NCBI GenBank assembly: GCA_964636625.1
Contig: CAZWUL010000002.1
Span: 1 to 55,108 of the forward strand
From: an uncultured Atribacterota bacterium
Lineage (GTDB): Bacteria; Atribacterota; Phoenicimicrobiia; Phoenicimicrobiales; Stramentimicrobiaceae
Length of the DNA: 55,108 nt
Direction: 5' to 3'
Part shown: piece after piece, positions 8,199 to 17,789 of the stretch
How positions within the stretch are numbered: position 1 is the stretch's first letter
Layout: each line of letters opens with the position of its first letter
Position numbers and translations under genes: made by a program
The notes under the pieces: generated by a model
What the model was told of the DNA's origin: nothing
Seen by the model: the letters and a program-made list of their open reading frames with translations, nothing else
Databases searched by the model: none

Positions 8199-8385
8199 GC
8201 AGAATGCAATAATGCAAACATGCAAGAATGGGAACAATACAGTATTGCAACATCCCATCCTTGCAATCTTGCAGCCAAAGATTTTTAGCTTGTTTGTAAA
8301 AGGCTCTTTTAGACCACATATTGTTTGTGAGTTAAGAAAATGCTAAAATCATTTTAGATTTTAAAAATAAAGTAAAAGGCATAAG

Positions 8386-9384
8386 ATGATAAAAAAAACA
8401 AAAGAAAAGATTCTTGTTACAGGTGGAGCTGGGTTTATTGGTTCCCATGTTGTAGATTTGTTTTTAAAAAAGAATTATGAAGTAATTGTTATTGATGACT
8501 TGTCCAGTGGAAATAAGGCAAATCTGAATAAAAATGCAAAATTTTATCAGGTTGATATTAATTCTCCAGAAATAAAAAATATTTTTAAAGAAGAAAATCC
8601 TGATTATATTTGTCATCAAGCAGCACAAATTAGTGTGTCTTATTCTGTCAGAAAACCATCAATTGATTCTCAGCGGAACATAATGGGCTTATTAAATTTA
8701 TTAGAATGTGCATCTGAAAATAAAGTAAAAGGAGTTGTATTTGCTTCTAGCGGGGGCACGGTATACGGAGAACCAGAAAAATTTCCTATAAACGAAAAAG
8801 TTATTTTTAACCCCACTTCTCCTTACGGAATTTCCAAGATGGCTTCAGAGTATTATCTAAGATTTTTTAATAATTATTATAATTTAAATTATATTTCTCT
8901 GCGCTATGCAAATGTCTATGGACCCAGACAGGATCCATATGGTGAAGCTGGTGTTATTGCTATTTTTATCCGTAAAATGATAAATGGAGAAGCACCAACA
9001 ATTAATGGAGATGGTGAATATGTTAGAGATTATGTTTATGTTGAAGATGTAGCAAATGCATGTTTACTCAGTATAAAAAATATGCTAAAATTAGCAGAGT
9101 CATATAATATATATAATAAAAATAGTTTGAAAAATGTCTTTGTTGCTTATAATATTGGCACAGGCGAGGGTGTTTCTGTGAATCAGTTGTTTTCATTTCT
9201 AAGGAAAATAGTTGGTTTTTCTATGCAGGCTAATTATGGGCCACCTCGTCCGGGTGATGTTAGAAGGAATATTCTTGAATGCAGCATGGCAAAAAAGTAT
9301 TTAGGTTGGGAAGCAAAATATAATATCCAAAAGGGTTTACAAAAAACAGTAGAATGGTTTAAACTTGCGAATAATGAAAGATAA
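8386..9384 (+). CDS. NAD-dependent sugar epimerase/dehydratase (UDP-glucose 4-epimerase family)
   Basis: VTGGAGFIGSH Rossmann motif and the SPYGISK (YxxxK) catalytic motif. 332 aa. Confidence 0.8.
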   Translation: MIKKTKEKILVTGGAGFIGSHVVDLFLKKNYEVIVIDDLSSGNKANLNKNAKFYQVDINSPEIKNIFKEENPDYICHQAAQISVSYSVRKPSIDSQRNIMGLLNLLECASENKVKGVVFASSGGTVYGEPEKFPINEKVIFNPTSPYGISKMASEYYLRFFNNYYNLNYISLRYANVYGPRQDPYGEAGVIAIFIRKMINGEAPTINGDGEYVRDYVYVEDVANACLLSIKNMLKLAESYNIYNKNSLKNVFVAYNIGTGEGVSVNQLFSFLRKIVGFSMQANYGPPRPGDVRRNILECSMAKKYLGWEAKYNIQKGLQKTVEWFKLANNER

Positions 9385-9505
9385 AAGTATGAAGGTTTAT
9401 AGTTTAAGCCAAGAGGAATAAAATCAGAGATAACTGTAAATAACTAATATACATAGAAAATTAATTGTATTAAATAATTAAAACCGAGCACTGATAACTA
9501 TTAGA

Positions 9506-11176
9506 TTGTTTTATGAAGTAATTGTGGAGGCACCTTTGGCTGATTGGGTGAGTACAATAGTTAAAATAACGGGAATATTTATTGCCGGATTATTAATGAT
9601 ATTGTTAGGGAAATATAACCATGAAAAAAGGCTTGCTCCCTATTTAAAACTATCTTTACAGGCAATTATTGCCTTTTTAGTTGTGCTTGTTGGAGTCAGG
9701 ATTGAATTTTTAAGAGATTCTTCAGGTGGTTATTGGTACCTGGCCAGCTTTTCAATTCCCATTACAATTATCTGGTTATTAATTATTACTAACTCAGTTG
9801 GTCAAACTGATGAATTAGGAGACATTACTCCCACAATAGTGCTTATAGCTTCTATAACTTTTTTAATCGTATCAATATCTCAACGACAAGGGCTTATAGT
9901 AGCTGAAATATTGTCTATTTTTTTAGCAACTGTCTCATTAGCTATCATATATTTGAGAAAGAATAATATTAAGTTTAAAAATGCCCCCAAAAACCATACA
10001 ATTTACTACATGTTTTTTGGTTTTATGTTAGCCATTATTGCAATAGTGGGAGTACTAAAAAGCACGGCAGCTTTAACATTGTTGACGCCTTTTTTAATTT
10101 TAGGATTTCCAATTATTGATACTTCTTATTCCTTTATTACCGGATATTTAAGGGATGATTATCTGGGAACGATAAATGAAAGCAGACTAAGACAGCAATT
10201 GATAAGCCAGGGATTTTCCCTTAAAGGGGCAAATATGATTATTGTTTTAACCTGCATTTATTTAAGTATTATAGCAGTTGTAATATCAATTAAGGAGGAT
10301 ATCTATCTTTTTACTGTAATGATTTTTTTGGGATACCTATCTTTTTACTGGATAAAACAACAAATTGTTCAAGGTAAAAATATTATTCATATTGACAATA
10401 AAAAGCAGAAGGTAAGATTATTCGGTGTTCCAATTGACAGGATTAGCTGTCAGCAGGCTATAGAAAGGTTGGATGAGTTTGTTTCAAAGAATAAGCCCAG
10501 TTTTGTGGTAACTCCGGATACACTGGCAATTTTACGAGCACGTCGGGATAAAGAATATTTAGGCATTACAAAAAAGGCAGATTTAGTTACCCCCGATGGT
10601 GCAGGTATACTCTGGGCATCTGCAACTTTGGATACGCCATTGATTGAACGAATTACCGGAATTGATTTGATAAATAAAATATGCATTTCAGCAGTGGAAA
10701 AAGGCTACAAACTTTATCTTTTGGGCTCAGAGAGTACGGTAATAGATAGAGCAGTAATAAATTTAAAAGACAGATTTCCAAGAATTAATATAGTTGGATA
10801 TTATCATGGTTATTTTGATAAGATTAATCTGAATAACGACAAAAATAATAAAAGCGAAAAGGATATTATTAAAGAGATACAAGATAAAAAACCAGATTTC
10901 CTATTGGTAGGATTAGGTGTGCCCAAACAAGAGCTATGGATAGCAAAACATAAAGATGAATTGGGAGTTCCTGTATGTATTGGCATTGGAGGAAGCTTTG
11001 ATGTTCTATCAGGGAAAATACCCAGGGCTCCCTTGTGGATGCAAAACCATGGTATGGAATGGATTTTTAGATTAATCAAAGAGCCAAAAAGATTAAAACG
11101 TGTTGTAGCTTTACCTTATTTTATGTGGCTTATTTTTTTAGGAAAGATTGAATTATTTTTCCGAAATGATGGGTAG
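9506..11176 (+). CDS. Fusion protein: degenerate WecA/MraY-like polytopic membrane domain + WecG/TagA/CpsF (GT26) glycosyltransferase domain
   Basis: Residues from about 300 to 556 (VRLFGVPIDRIS...VTPDGAGILWAS...LLVGLGVPKQELWI...GIGGSFDVLSGK) are typical TagA/WecG. The N-terminal ~290 aa aligns by eye to the ORF at 7024 but with the catalytic motifs replaced. The TTG start is uncertain. Confidence 0.7.
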   Translation: MFYEVIVEAPLADWVSTIVKITGIFIAGLLMILLGKYNHEKRLAPYLKLSLQAIIAFLVVLVGVRIEFLRDSSGGYWYLASFSIPITIIWLLIITNSVGQTDELGDITPTIVLIASITFLIVSISQRQGLIVAEILSIFLATVSLAIIYLRKNNIKFKNAPKNHTIYYMFFGFMLAIIAIVGVLKSTAALTLLTPFLILGFPIIDTSYSFITGYLRDDYLGTINESRLRQQLISQGFSLKGANMIIVLTCIYLSIIAVVISIKEDIYLFTVMIFLGYLSFYWIKQQIVQGKNIIHIDNKKQKVRLFGVPIDRISCQQAIERLDEFVSKNKPSFVVTPDTLAILRARRDKEYLGITKKADLVTPDGAGILWASATLDTPLIERITGIDLINKICISAVEKGYKLYLLGSESTVIDRAVINLKDRFPRINIVGYYHGYFDKINLNNDKNNKSEKDIIKEIQDKKPDFLLVGLGVPKQELWIAKHKDELGVPVCIGIGGSFDVLSGKIPRAPLWMQNHGMEWIFRLIKEPKRLKRVVALPYFMWLIFLGKIELFFRNDG

Positions 11177-11572
11177 CAGGCAATAGCCTCAGGGACAATG
11201 CCCTAGTTTTAATCATATTAAAGTTTTAAATACTTAAATATGTATCAAGCCTAAAATTATCTTTAGAAATTTTAATCCAACATTAATTCGCATATTACCT
11301 GTACAACCTTTTGTTTTTTCAATGGTAATATTTTGATAATCGAAAATATAAATTTAATTTTTAATAATATTTGCAATAAATTAGATTGATAATGGAATTA
11401 AATAGTTAGTTTATCTCTATAATTATTAAAAAATGGTAATCAAAAACAAAAATTGCTGCAATGCTGTAATGATGCAATATTAGAAAAGAATTACTAACAT
11501 GATAATGAAAAACCCAATATTGTAATATCTCATCTGGCAATTTTGCAGCTTAAAAAAATTAAAGGATAAAGA

Positions 11573-12070
11573 ATGAAGTTATGGGGAAAAGCGGGGATTG
11601 TTATTCTAACACTGGTAATAGAGCTTGGTTTGGCTAATATATTAGGTTTAAACACAGTAAAGCCTGATTTGTTATTGATTGTTGTAATTTGTATGGCATT
11701 TATTTCAGGTACAGAAGAAGGTACCATAACCGGATTTGCCGGGGGGCTAATAAAAGACGTTTTTTCTGTACATTATTTAGGCATTAATGCTCTGGTTAAG
11801 ACTTTGATTGGTTACATTGCCGGTGTAATAAAAGATAGAATTTTTTCCCAGCATATTATGTGGATCGTCACTATAGCAACTTTTACCTTTACGTTTATTA
11901 ATAATTTAATTATTTATTACTTATTGAATGCCCTTCATACTGGCTATGATTTTACTATTACCCTAAAGGATTTTATCTTGACCCAGGCAATAATTAATAG
12001 TGTCTTATCTCCTTTTATTTTTATTGGAATAAAAAAAGTATTTACCTTTTTAGGTCGTTGGAGTAAATAG
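11573..12070 (+). CDS. mreD: Rod shape-determining protein MreD (probable)
   Basis: 165-aa multi-TM ORF ending 4 nt before the mrdA start. Size, hydrophobicity and position are typical of MreD. Confidence 0.55.
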   Translation: MKLWGKAGIVILTLVIELGLANILGLNTVKPDLLLIVVICMAFISGTEEGTITGFAGGLIKDVFSVHYLGINALVKTLIGYIAGVIKDRIFSQHIMWIVTIATFTFTFINNLIIYYLLNALHTGYDFTITLKDFILTQAIINSVLSPFIFIGIKKVFTFLGRWSK

Positions 12071-12073
12071 CAT

Positions 12074-13876
12074 ATGTTTAACCGAAAAAATACCCAGATA
12101 ACTGGAGATTTTATAAAAAAAAGACTCAATGACTTATTTATAATGATTATTCTTATCTTTGCAATATTATTAGTAAATCTTTGGTATTTACAGATTATAA
12201 AAGGCCATGAGTATGAACAAAGGGCAATTAATAATTGTATCCGCTCTCTGGAAGAAGAAGCACCCAGGGGTGAAGTGTTTGACAAAGATGAAAATTTGTT
12301 AATAACAAATCGTCCTGCAGTTAATTTTACAGTTATTCCAGCTGAAATTGAAGATTACCATTCATTATCATACCAGATAAGTTCGATTATACCATTGGAA
12401 GAATCATACCTAATAAATAAGTTTGAACAGTTAAGTCAGAGGCCTTTTCAGGCCCAGACTATAGTCAGAGGCCTTGAGAAAGAACAGATTATAGCTTTTG
12501 AAGAACAGAAATATAAATATAAAGGTACTCTTTTAACAATTCAACCGGAAAGAAAATATCTCTATCAGGATTTTGCTGCCCATGTACTGGGTTATGTTAA
12601 CGAGATAAGCGAGGAAGAACTCCAATCTTCTAATTATCAGTATCTTTCAGGCGGTGATATTGTAGGGAAAAGTGGTATTGAAAAACATTACGATGCTTAC
12701 CTGCGAGGCAAAAAGGGAAGTAAGGAAGTTGAAGTGGATGCCCTGGGAAGAGAGATTTTAACACTAAAATCTGTAGAACCTGTTGCCGGAAATGATATAT
12801 ATTTGACGCTCGATAGTGAATTGCAGTTATATATTCAAGAATTAATGACCGGATTAAGAGGGGCAGTCATGGTAAGTGAGGCAAGGACTGGAAAGATTCT
12901 GGCCATGATTAGTCAGCCGGGTTATGATCCTAACTTATTTAACCAACAAATATCAATAGAGAAATGGGAAGAAATATCACAGAGTGAAGAGAACATACTT
13001 TGTAACCGTAGCATTCAGGGTGTTTATCCTCCAGGCTCGGTATTTAAATTAATTACCGCTATTGCTGCCCTGGAAGAAGGTGTAGTGGGATTAAATGATA
13101 GAGTATATTGCCCGGGTTATTTTGAATTAGGTAATTTGACTTTTAAGTGTTGGAGAGAAACCGGGCATGGGACCCAGACTTTTCGAGATGCGATTAGCAA
13201 TTCCTGTAATGTATTCTTTTATACTATTGGGCAGAGACTGGGAATTGACAGGCTTAATCATTATGCTACTATGTTTGGTCTGGGTGAAAAAACAGCTATT
13301 GATTTACCGGGAGAATTATCCGGATTAGTTCCTTCCCAGGAATGGAAGAGAAGGGCTTTTAACCAGGTATGGTTTCCAGGGGATACTATAAATCTATCCA
13401 TAGGCCAGGGGTACTTATTAACAACTCCCTTTCAAATCCATAACATGCTTTGTATAATAACCAATGATGGCAATGTCTACAGGCAATTCCATGTTGATAG
13501 AATTGTTTCTCAATCAGGCCAGGTAATAAGAAAGTACGAACCTGAAATTATTAGAAAAGTTGATGTATCAGCTGACACATTTAGAGTAGTTAAAGAAGGA
13601 ATGAAAAAGGTTGTTGAAGAAGGGACTGGATTTAATGCCAGGGTAGAAGGAGTTTCATTGGCTGGTAAGACAGGTACTGCTCAGAATCCTCAGGGAGAAA
13701 ATCATGGATGGTTTGTAGGTTTTGCCCCATATCAAAATCCAGAAATATGTGTAACCGTTTTTGTTGAACATGGTGGGGATGGGAGTCAATCGGCAGCCCC
13801 AATTGCCAGTGATATTATTGAACACTATTTTCGGCAAACCAGTGGACAGGCGGTCCAGCTGAAAGAATTGCAATAA
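12074..13876 (+). CDS. mrdA: Penicillin-binding protein 2 (elongasome transpeptidase)
   Basis: SxxK (GSVFKL), SxN (ISNSCN) and KTG (GKTGTAQ) motifs. N-terminal TM anchor. Followed by rodA. Confidence 0.9.
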   Translation: MFNRKNTQITGDFIKKRLNDLFIMIILIFAILLVNLWYLQIIKGHEYEQRAINNCIRSLEEEAPRGEVFDKDENLLITNRPAVNFTVIPAEIEDYHSLSYQISSIIPLEESYLINKFEQLSQRPFQAQTIVRGLEKEQIIAFEEQKYKYKGTLLTIQPERKYLYQDFAAHVLGYVNEISEEELQSSNYQYLSGGDIVGKSGIEKHYDAYLRGKKGSKEVEVDALGREILTLKSVEPVAGNDIYLTLDSELQLYIQELMTGLRGAVMVSEARTGKILAMISQPGYDPNLFNQQISIEKWEEISQSEENILCNRSIQGVYPPGSVFKLITAIAALEEGVVGLNDRVYCPGYFELGNLTFKCWRETGHGTQTFRDAISNSCNVFFYTIGQRLGIDRLNHYATMFGLGEKTAIDLPGELSGLVPSQEWKRRAFNQVWFPGDTINLSIGQGYLLTTPFQIHNMLCIITNDGNVYRQFHVDRIVSQSGQVIRKYEPEIIRKVDVSADTFRVVKEGMKKVVEEGTGFNARVEGVSLAGKTGTAQNPQGENHGWFVGFAPYQNPEICVTVFVEHGGDGSQSAAPIASDIIEHYFRQTSGQAVQLKELQ

Positions 13877-13896
13877 ATTTGGAAGGATTATAGTAG

Positions 13897-15048
13897 ATGA
13901 GCACAAAAAAAACAACCTCATACGTAGGATTGGGACAGACTCCTGTGAATCGAATATTTAGCCTGTTAAAGCATATTGATTATTCAATTTTTTTTATAGT
14001 ACTGTGTTTATGTTTCATTGGACTTTTAATAATATACAGCACCACCCATATGCAAGCAACAGAAGCGGGCTCTTTGTTTTATGTAAGGCGCCAGTTAATA
14101 TATGTACTGGCTGGAATAGTATTATGTTTTTTAGTATCATCTATTGATTACCATGAAATAGAAAAAATTGCTACACCTCTATATTTTATTGCAGTTATAT
14201 CATTGTTATATGTAATTTTCTTCGGCAAAACAACTGCGGGAGCACGACGATGGATAGTAATTGCCGGATTTGATTTTCAACCATCGGAATTTGCAAAAAT
14301 TGCCTTAATTTGTTTTTTAGCAAATTATTTTTACAAGCAAAGAGAAAAAATACCTTATTTTATATATTTTTCATTACCTTTTTTATTTACTATCATTCCT
14401 ATGCTGTTAATTTTCCGTCAACCTGATCTGGGCAGTTCTATGGTATTTTTGGCAATCTTGTTATGCATGATATTTGTTGCCGGAATAAAATGGAAACATA
14501 TAATAGTGATGTTTTTAATAGGAGTAGCCTCATTTCCGATTTTGTGGTCTTTTCTGAAAGATTATCAAAAGAACAGACTAATCCTTTTTATTAATCCTAA
14601 TCTGGATCCATTAGGTGCCGGATATAATGTGATACAATCAAAAGTAGCTATTGGTTCCGGAGGCTTGTTTGGTCAGGGACTGTTCAGCGGGATACAGAGC
14701 CAGTTAAAATTTTTACCAGCACAGCATACTGATTTTGTTTTTTCAGTGATAGGAGAAGAAATGGGATTTTTTGGCGCATTATTATTGCTGACATTATTTA
14801 TTTTTGTATTGTGGAAAGGAATAAAAATTGCCCAGGATGCTCCGGATTTGCTGGGAACTTTTTTGGCTACCGGGGTAGTTGCTTTTTTGTTTTTCCATAT
14901 CTTTATCAACATTGGTATGGCAATGGGGTTAATACCCGCTACTGGTTTACCTTTGTCATTTATAAGTTATGGTGGAACTTTTATGATAAGTAATTTTATA
15001 GCAATTGGGATATTATTCAGTGTTCATATTAGAAGTATCTTTTCTTAA
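13897..15048 (+). CDS. rodA: Peptidoglycan glycosyltransferase RodA (SEDS family)
   Basis: 383-aa polytopic FtsW/RodA/SpoVE-like sequence (RQPDLGS, HTDFVFSVIGEE, PLSFISYGG), immediately downstream of PBP2. Confidence 0.9.
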   Translation: MSTKKTTSYVGLGQTPVNRIFSLLKHIDYSIFFIVLCLCFIGLLIIYSTTHMQATEAGSLFYVRRQLIYVLAGIVLCFLVSSIDYHEIEKIATPLYFIAVISLLYVIFFGKTTAGARRWIVIAGFDFQPSEFAKIALICFLANYFYKQREKIPYFIYFSLPFLFTIIPMLLIFRQPDLGSSMVFLAILLCMIFVAGIKWKHIIVMFLIGVASFPILWSFLKDYQKNRLILFINPNLDPLGAGYNVIQSKVAIGSGGLFGQGLFSGIQSQLKFLPAQHTDFVFSVIGEEMGFFGALLLLTLFIFVLWKGIKIAQDAPDLLGTFLATGVVAFLFFHIFINIGMAMGLIPATGLPLSFISYGGTFMISNFIAIGILFSVHIRSIFS

Positions 15049-15101
15049 AATAACTGTAATATAAAAAAGGGTTTTAGAGTTGTAGATTTAGAGAGGTTTA
15101 T

Positions 15102-16979
15102 GTGATTAAAAAAACAAGCAAAGAAATAAAGGCAGTACTATTTGAAGAAATATTAAAAAATGTGGAAAAACCGGGAAGATATATTGGGAAGGAATATAAT
15201 GAGATAATAAAAAGTGGTAATGATAAAATGGTAAAAATTGCCCTTGCTTTTCCTGATTTGTATGAAATAGGAATGAGTTATCTTGGTTTTAAGATACTTT
15301 ATGACATTATAAATAGTAGAGATGATGCATTAGCAGAGAGGGTTTTTTCACCGTACAGGGATATGGAAGATTTAATGTTTAAAAAAAAGATTCCATTATT
15401 TTCCCTGGAAAATTATAGACCATTTTCTGATTTTGATATAATAGGTTTTAGCTTACAGCACGAATTATGTTTTACAAATGTACTTCATATGCTTAAGCTG
15501 GGCGATATTGAATTGCATGCTGCTCGACGGGATGAAAAAGCTCCTCTAGTTATTGCAGGAGGTCCATCAGCTTTTAATCCCGAGCCACTGGCGGATTTTA
15601 TTGATATATTTGTACTAGGTGATGGAGAAGAAATAATTCAAGAAATAATTGATATTTATAAATCCTGGTCTATAGATGGGAAGAGTAGAGAAAAAGAAAT
15701 TCTTTTGAAAAGGTTGGATAAATTAACCGGCATTTATGTACCTGCTTTTTATGAAGTAATATATTTTAAAGATGGAACTATAAAATCTTTTCAGCCAAAA
15801 GGGAAAGAAATAAAACAAAAAATAAAGAAACGTATTAAGCTTGATTTGGATTGCAATCATTATCCTGTTTCTCCAATTGTGCCGAATATTGATATCGTGC
15901 ATGACAGAATTACCCTGGAAATATTTCGGGGATGCACTCGAGGATGTCGATTTTGCCAGGCAGGTATGATTTATAGACCGGTCAGAGAACGTACTGAGCA
16001 AAAATTAATGGAAATTGCGGAAAAAAGTCTGGCTAATACCGGTTATGAAGAAATATCATTGTCATCTTTAAGTTCAAGCGATTATAGTAAAATCGATAGC
16101 CTGATTGAAAAATTAGTAAACAAACATTGTGAACAGGGAGTTGGTGTTTCACTTCCGTCTTTGAGGATTGACGGTTTTTCGGTTCAACTAGCCAGGCAAT
16201 CCCAACGAGTTCGGAAAACCGGCCTTACATTTGCACCCGAAGTCGGGACAAACAGAATGAGCAAGACTGTAAATAAAAATGTAACTGAAAATGATTTGTA
16301 CCAAACGGTACAATACGCCTTACAGGAAGGGTGGAAAAGAGTCAAGCTTTATTTTATGATAGGATTGCCGACTGAGACATGGGAGGATATTGAAGGTATT
16401 ATTGGCATGATTAAGAGAGTTGAAAGTATTGGTAAAAGGTTGGCAGGAAAAAAGTTTTCATTGAACATAAGTTTAAATGCTTTTGTGCCAAAAGCTCATA
16501 CACCTTTTCAATGGGTTGGACAGGAAGAAGAAAAATTGTTGCTGGAAAAATATAATTATGTTGCGAAAAGAATTAGAAGCAAAAATATTTCCTATAGTTA
16601 TCCTGATACAAAGTTAAGCATATTAGAGGCGGTTTTTGCCAGGGGGGACAGAAAATTATGCCAGGTTTTGGAAGAGGCCTATAAAATGGGTTGTAAGTTT
16701 GATTCCTGGAGAGAGTATTTTGATTATAATGTCTGGGAGAAAGCATTTCGTAAGTGTAATCTTGATATTTCTTTTTATACCAACAGGGAAAGAAAAAAAG
16801 AAGAAAATCTACCCTGGGATTTGATAGATTGCGGGGTAAGCAAAGAATTTTTGTGGTTAGAATGGCAAAGAGCTCTGCAGGGGATTTCTATAGATGATTG
16901 CCGACTTTCCAGGTGTAATAACTGTGGTTTGCAGGATATTTGCAATAAATTATCTGAAGTGAAAGATAATAAATCATAA
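15102..16979 (+). CDS. Radical SAM protein, TIGR03960-like uncharacterised family with N-terminal B12-binding-like domain
   Basis: CTRGCRFCQAG (CxxxCxxC) cluster motif. About 625 aa. Followed by its usual DUF2344 partner. Confidence 0.75.
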   Translation: MIKKTSKEIKAVLFEEILKNVEKPGRYIGKEYNEIIKSGNDKMVKIALAFPDLYEIGMSYLGFKILYDIINSRDDALAERVFSPYRDMEDLMFKKKIPLFSLENYRPFSDFDIIGFSLQHELCFTNVLHMLKLGDIELHAARRDEKAPLVIAGGPSAFNPEPLADFIDIFVLGDGEEIIQEIIDIYKSWSIDGKSREKEILLKRLDKLTGIYVPAFYEVIYFKDGTIKSFQPKGKEIKQKIKKRIKLDLDCNHYPVSPIVPNIDIVHDRITLEIFRGCTRGCRFCQAGMIYRPVRERTEQKLMEIAEKSLANTGYEEISLSSLSSSDYSKIDSLIEKLVNKHCEQGVGVSLPSLRIDGFSVQLARQSQRVRKTGLTFAPEVGTNRMSKTVNKNVTENDLYQTVQYALQEGWKRVKLYFMIGLPTETWEDIEGIIGMIKRVESIGKRLAGKKFSLNISLNAFVPKAHTPFQWVGQEEEKLLLEKYNYVAKRIRSKNISYSYPDTKLSILEAVFARGDRKLCQVLEEAYKMGCKFDSWREYFDYNVWEKAFRKCNLDISFYTNRERKKEENLPWDLIDCGVSKEFLWLEWQRALQGISIDDCRLSRCNNCGLQDICNKLSEVKDNKS

Positions 16980-17017
16980 GAAAATATATATAATGAATAT
17001 AAAATGTGAGTAATTAG

Positions 17018-17698
17018 ATGTCGTATATATATCGAATAAAATATAGCAAAGTTGGACCTTTGAAATATGTTTCTCACCTGGATTTGAATACATTATTTTG
17101 CCGAACATTGCGGAGAGCTCAAATCCCTTTAGAATTGACACAGGGATTTAATCCCAGGTTCAAAATCTCTTTTGGGCCGGCCTTACCTCTTGGTATTGCC
17201 GGTCGGAATGAAGTTTTGGATATTAGCTTAATCCAAGAGATGGACAACGACTTAATAAAAGAAAAGATAAATAAATTTGCCCCTGAAGGACTTGAGGTAC
17301 AAGATATTATAGCTATTTCTAAGGAAGAGAATAATTTAAGTAAAGCCATAAATCATGCTATTTATATTATTGAGTTAAATGTTAGTGGGTATAGATCTTA
17401 TTTAACCAGAGAAAATTTGAGAAACTGTTTTAAAAATAGCATTGAAAAATATTTAGAGCAAGAAAACATTGTAATCCAAAAAAATACTAAAAAGGGCTTA
17501 AGAGAGGTCAATTTGAGGCCCTACATTGAAAATATGGATATTGTATCATTTCAGGATGACACAGTCCTTATTGAATTGACAGTGGATATACAATATAAGG
17601 GTAGCATTAATCCGGTTTTGATAATCAATGAATTTATTAAAAAGCCGGAGAACAAAGATATTTATATTAATAATATTGCAAGAAAAGAGTTTTTATAG
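17018..17698 (+). CDS. Radical-SAM-linked protein (DUF2344 / TIGR03936-like)
   Basis: 226 aa. N-terminal YRIKYSKVGPLKYVSHLDL...GFNPRFKISFGPALPLG matches my recollection of this family. Adjacent to the radical SAM gene. Confidence 0.65.
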   Translation: MSYIYRIKYSKVGPLKYVSHLDLNTLFCRTLRRAQIPLELTQGFNPRFKISFGPALPLGIAGRNEVLDISLIQEMDNDLIKEKINKFAPEGLEVQDIIAISKEENNLSKAINHAIYIIELNVSGYRSYLTRENLRNCFKNSIEKYLEQENIVIQKNTKKGLREVNLRPYIENMDIVSFQDDTVLIELTVDIQYKGSINPVLIINEFIKKPENKDIYINNIARKEFL

Positions 17699-17789
17699 TA
17701 ATAAGTAATGGTAGAACAAAAACTTTACGAATTCTTATTTCTATTTTATATTTAGTTTAGAAAATAAAGAGAAAGGTGATACCTGAAAA

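Noticed and set aside
8131-8319. 62-aa minus-strand ORF in the 7963-8385 spacer.
   Set aside because: It is composed of the direct-repeat and TGCAA-rich sequence (LLLLITHYLLLIT...). No SD, no homology I recognise.
11534-11550. Sigma-54 promoter look-alike ctGGCAattttGCAgct upstream of mreD.
   Set aside because: The GG-to-GC spacing is about 3 nt too short for the TGGCAC-N5-TTGCA consensus. The related copy at 8260-8276 lacks the GG.
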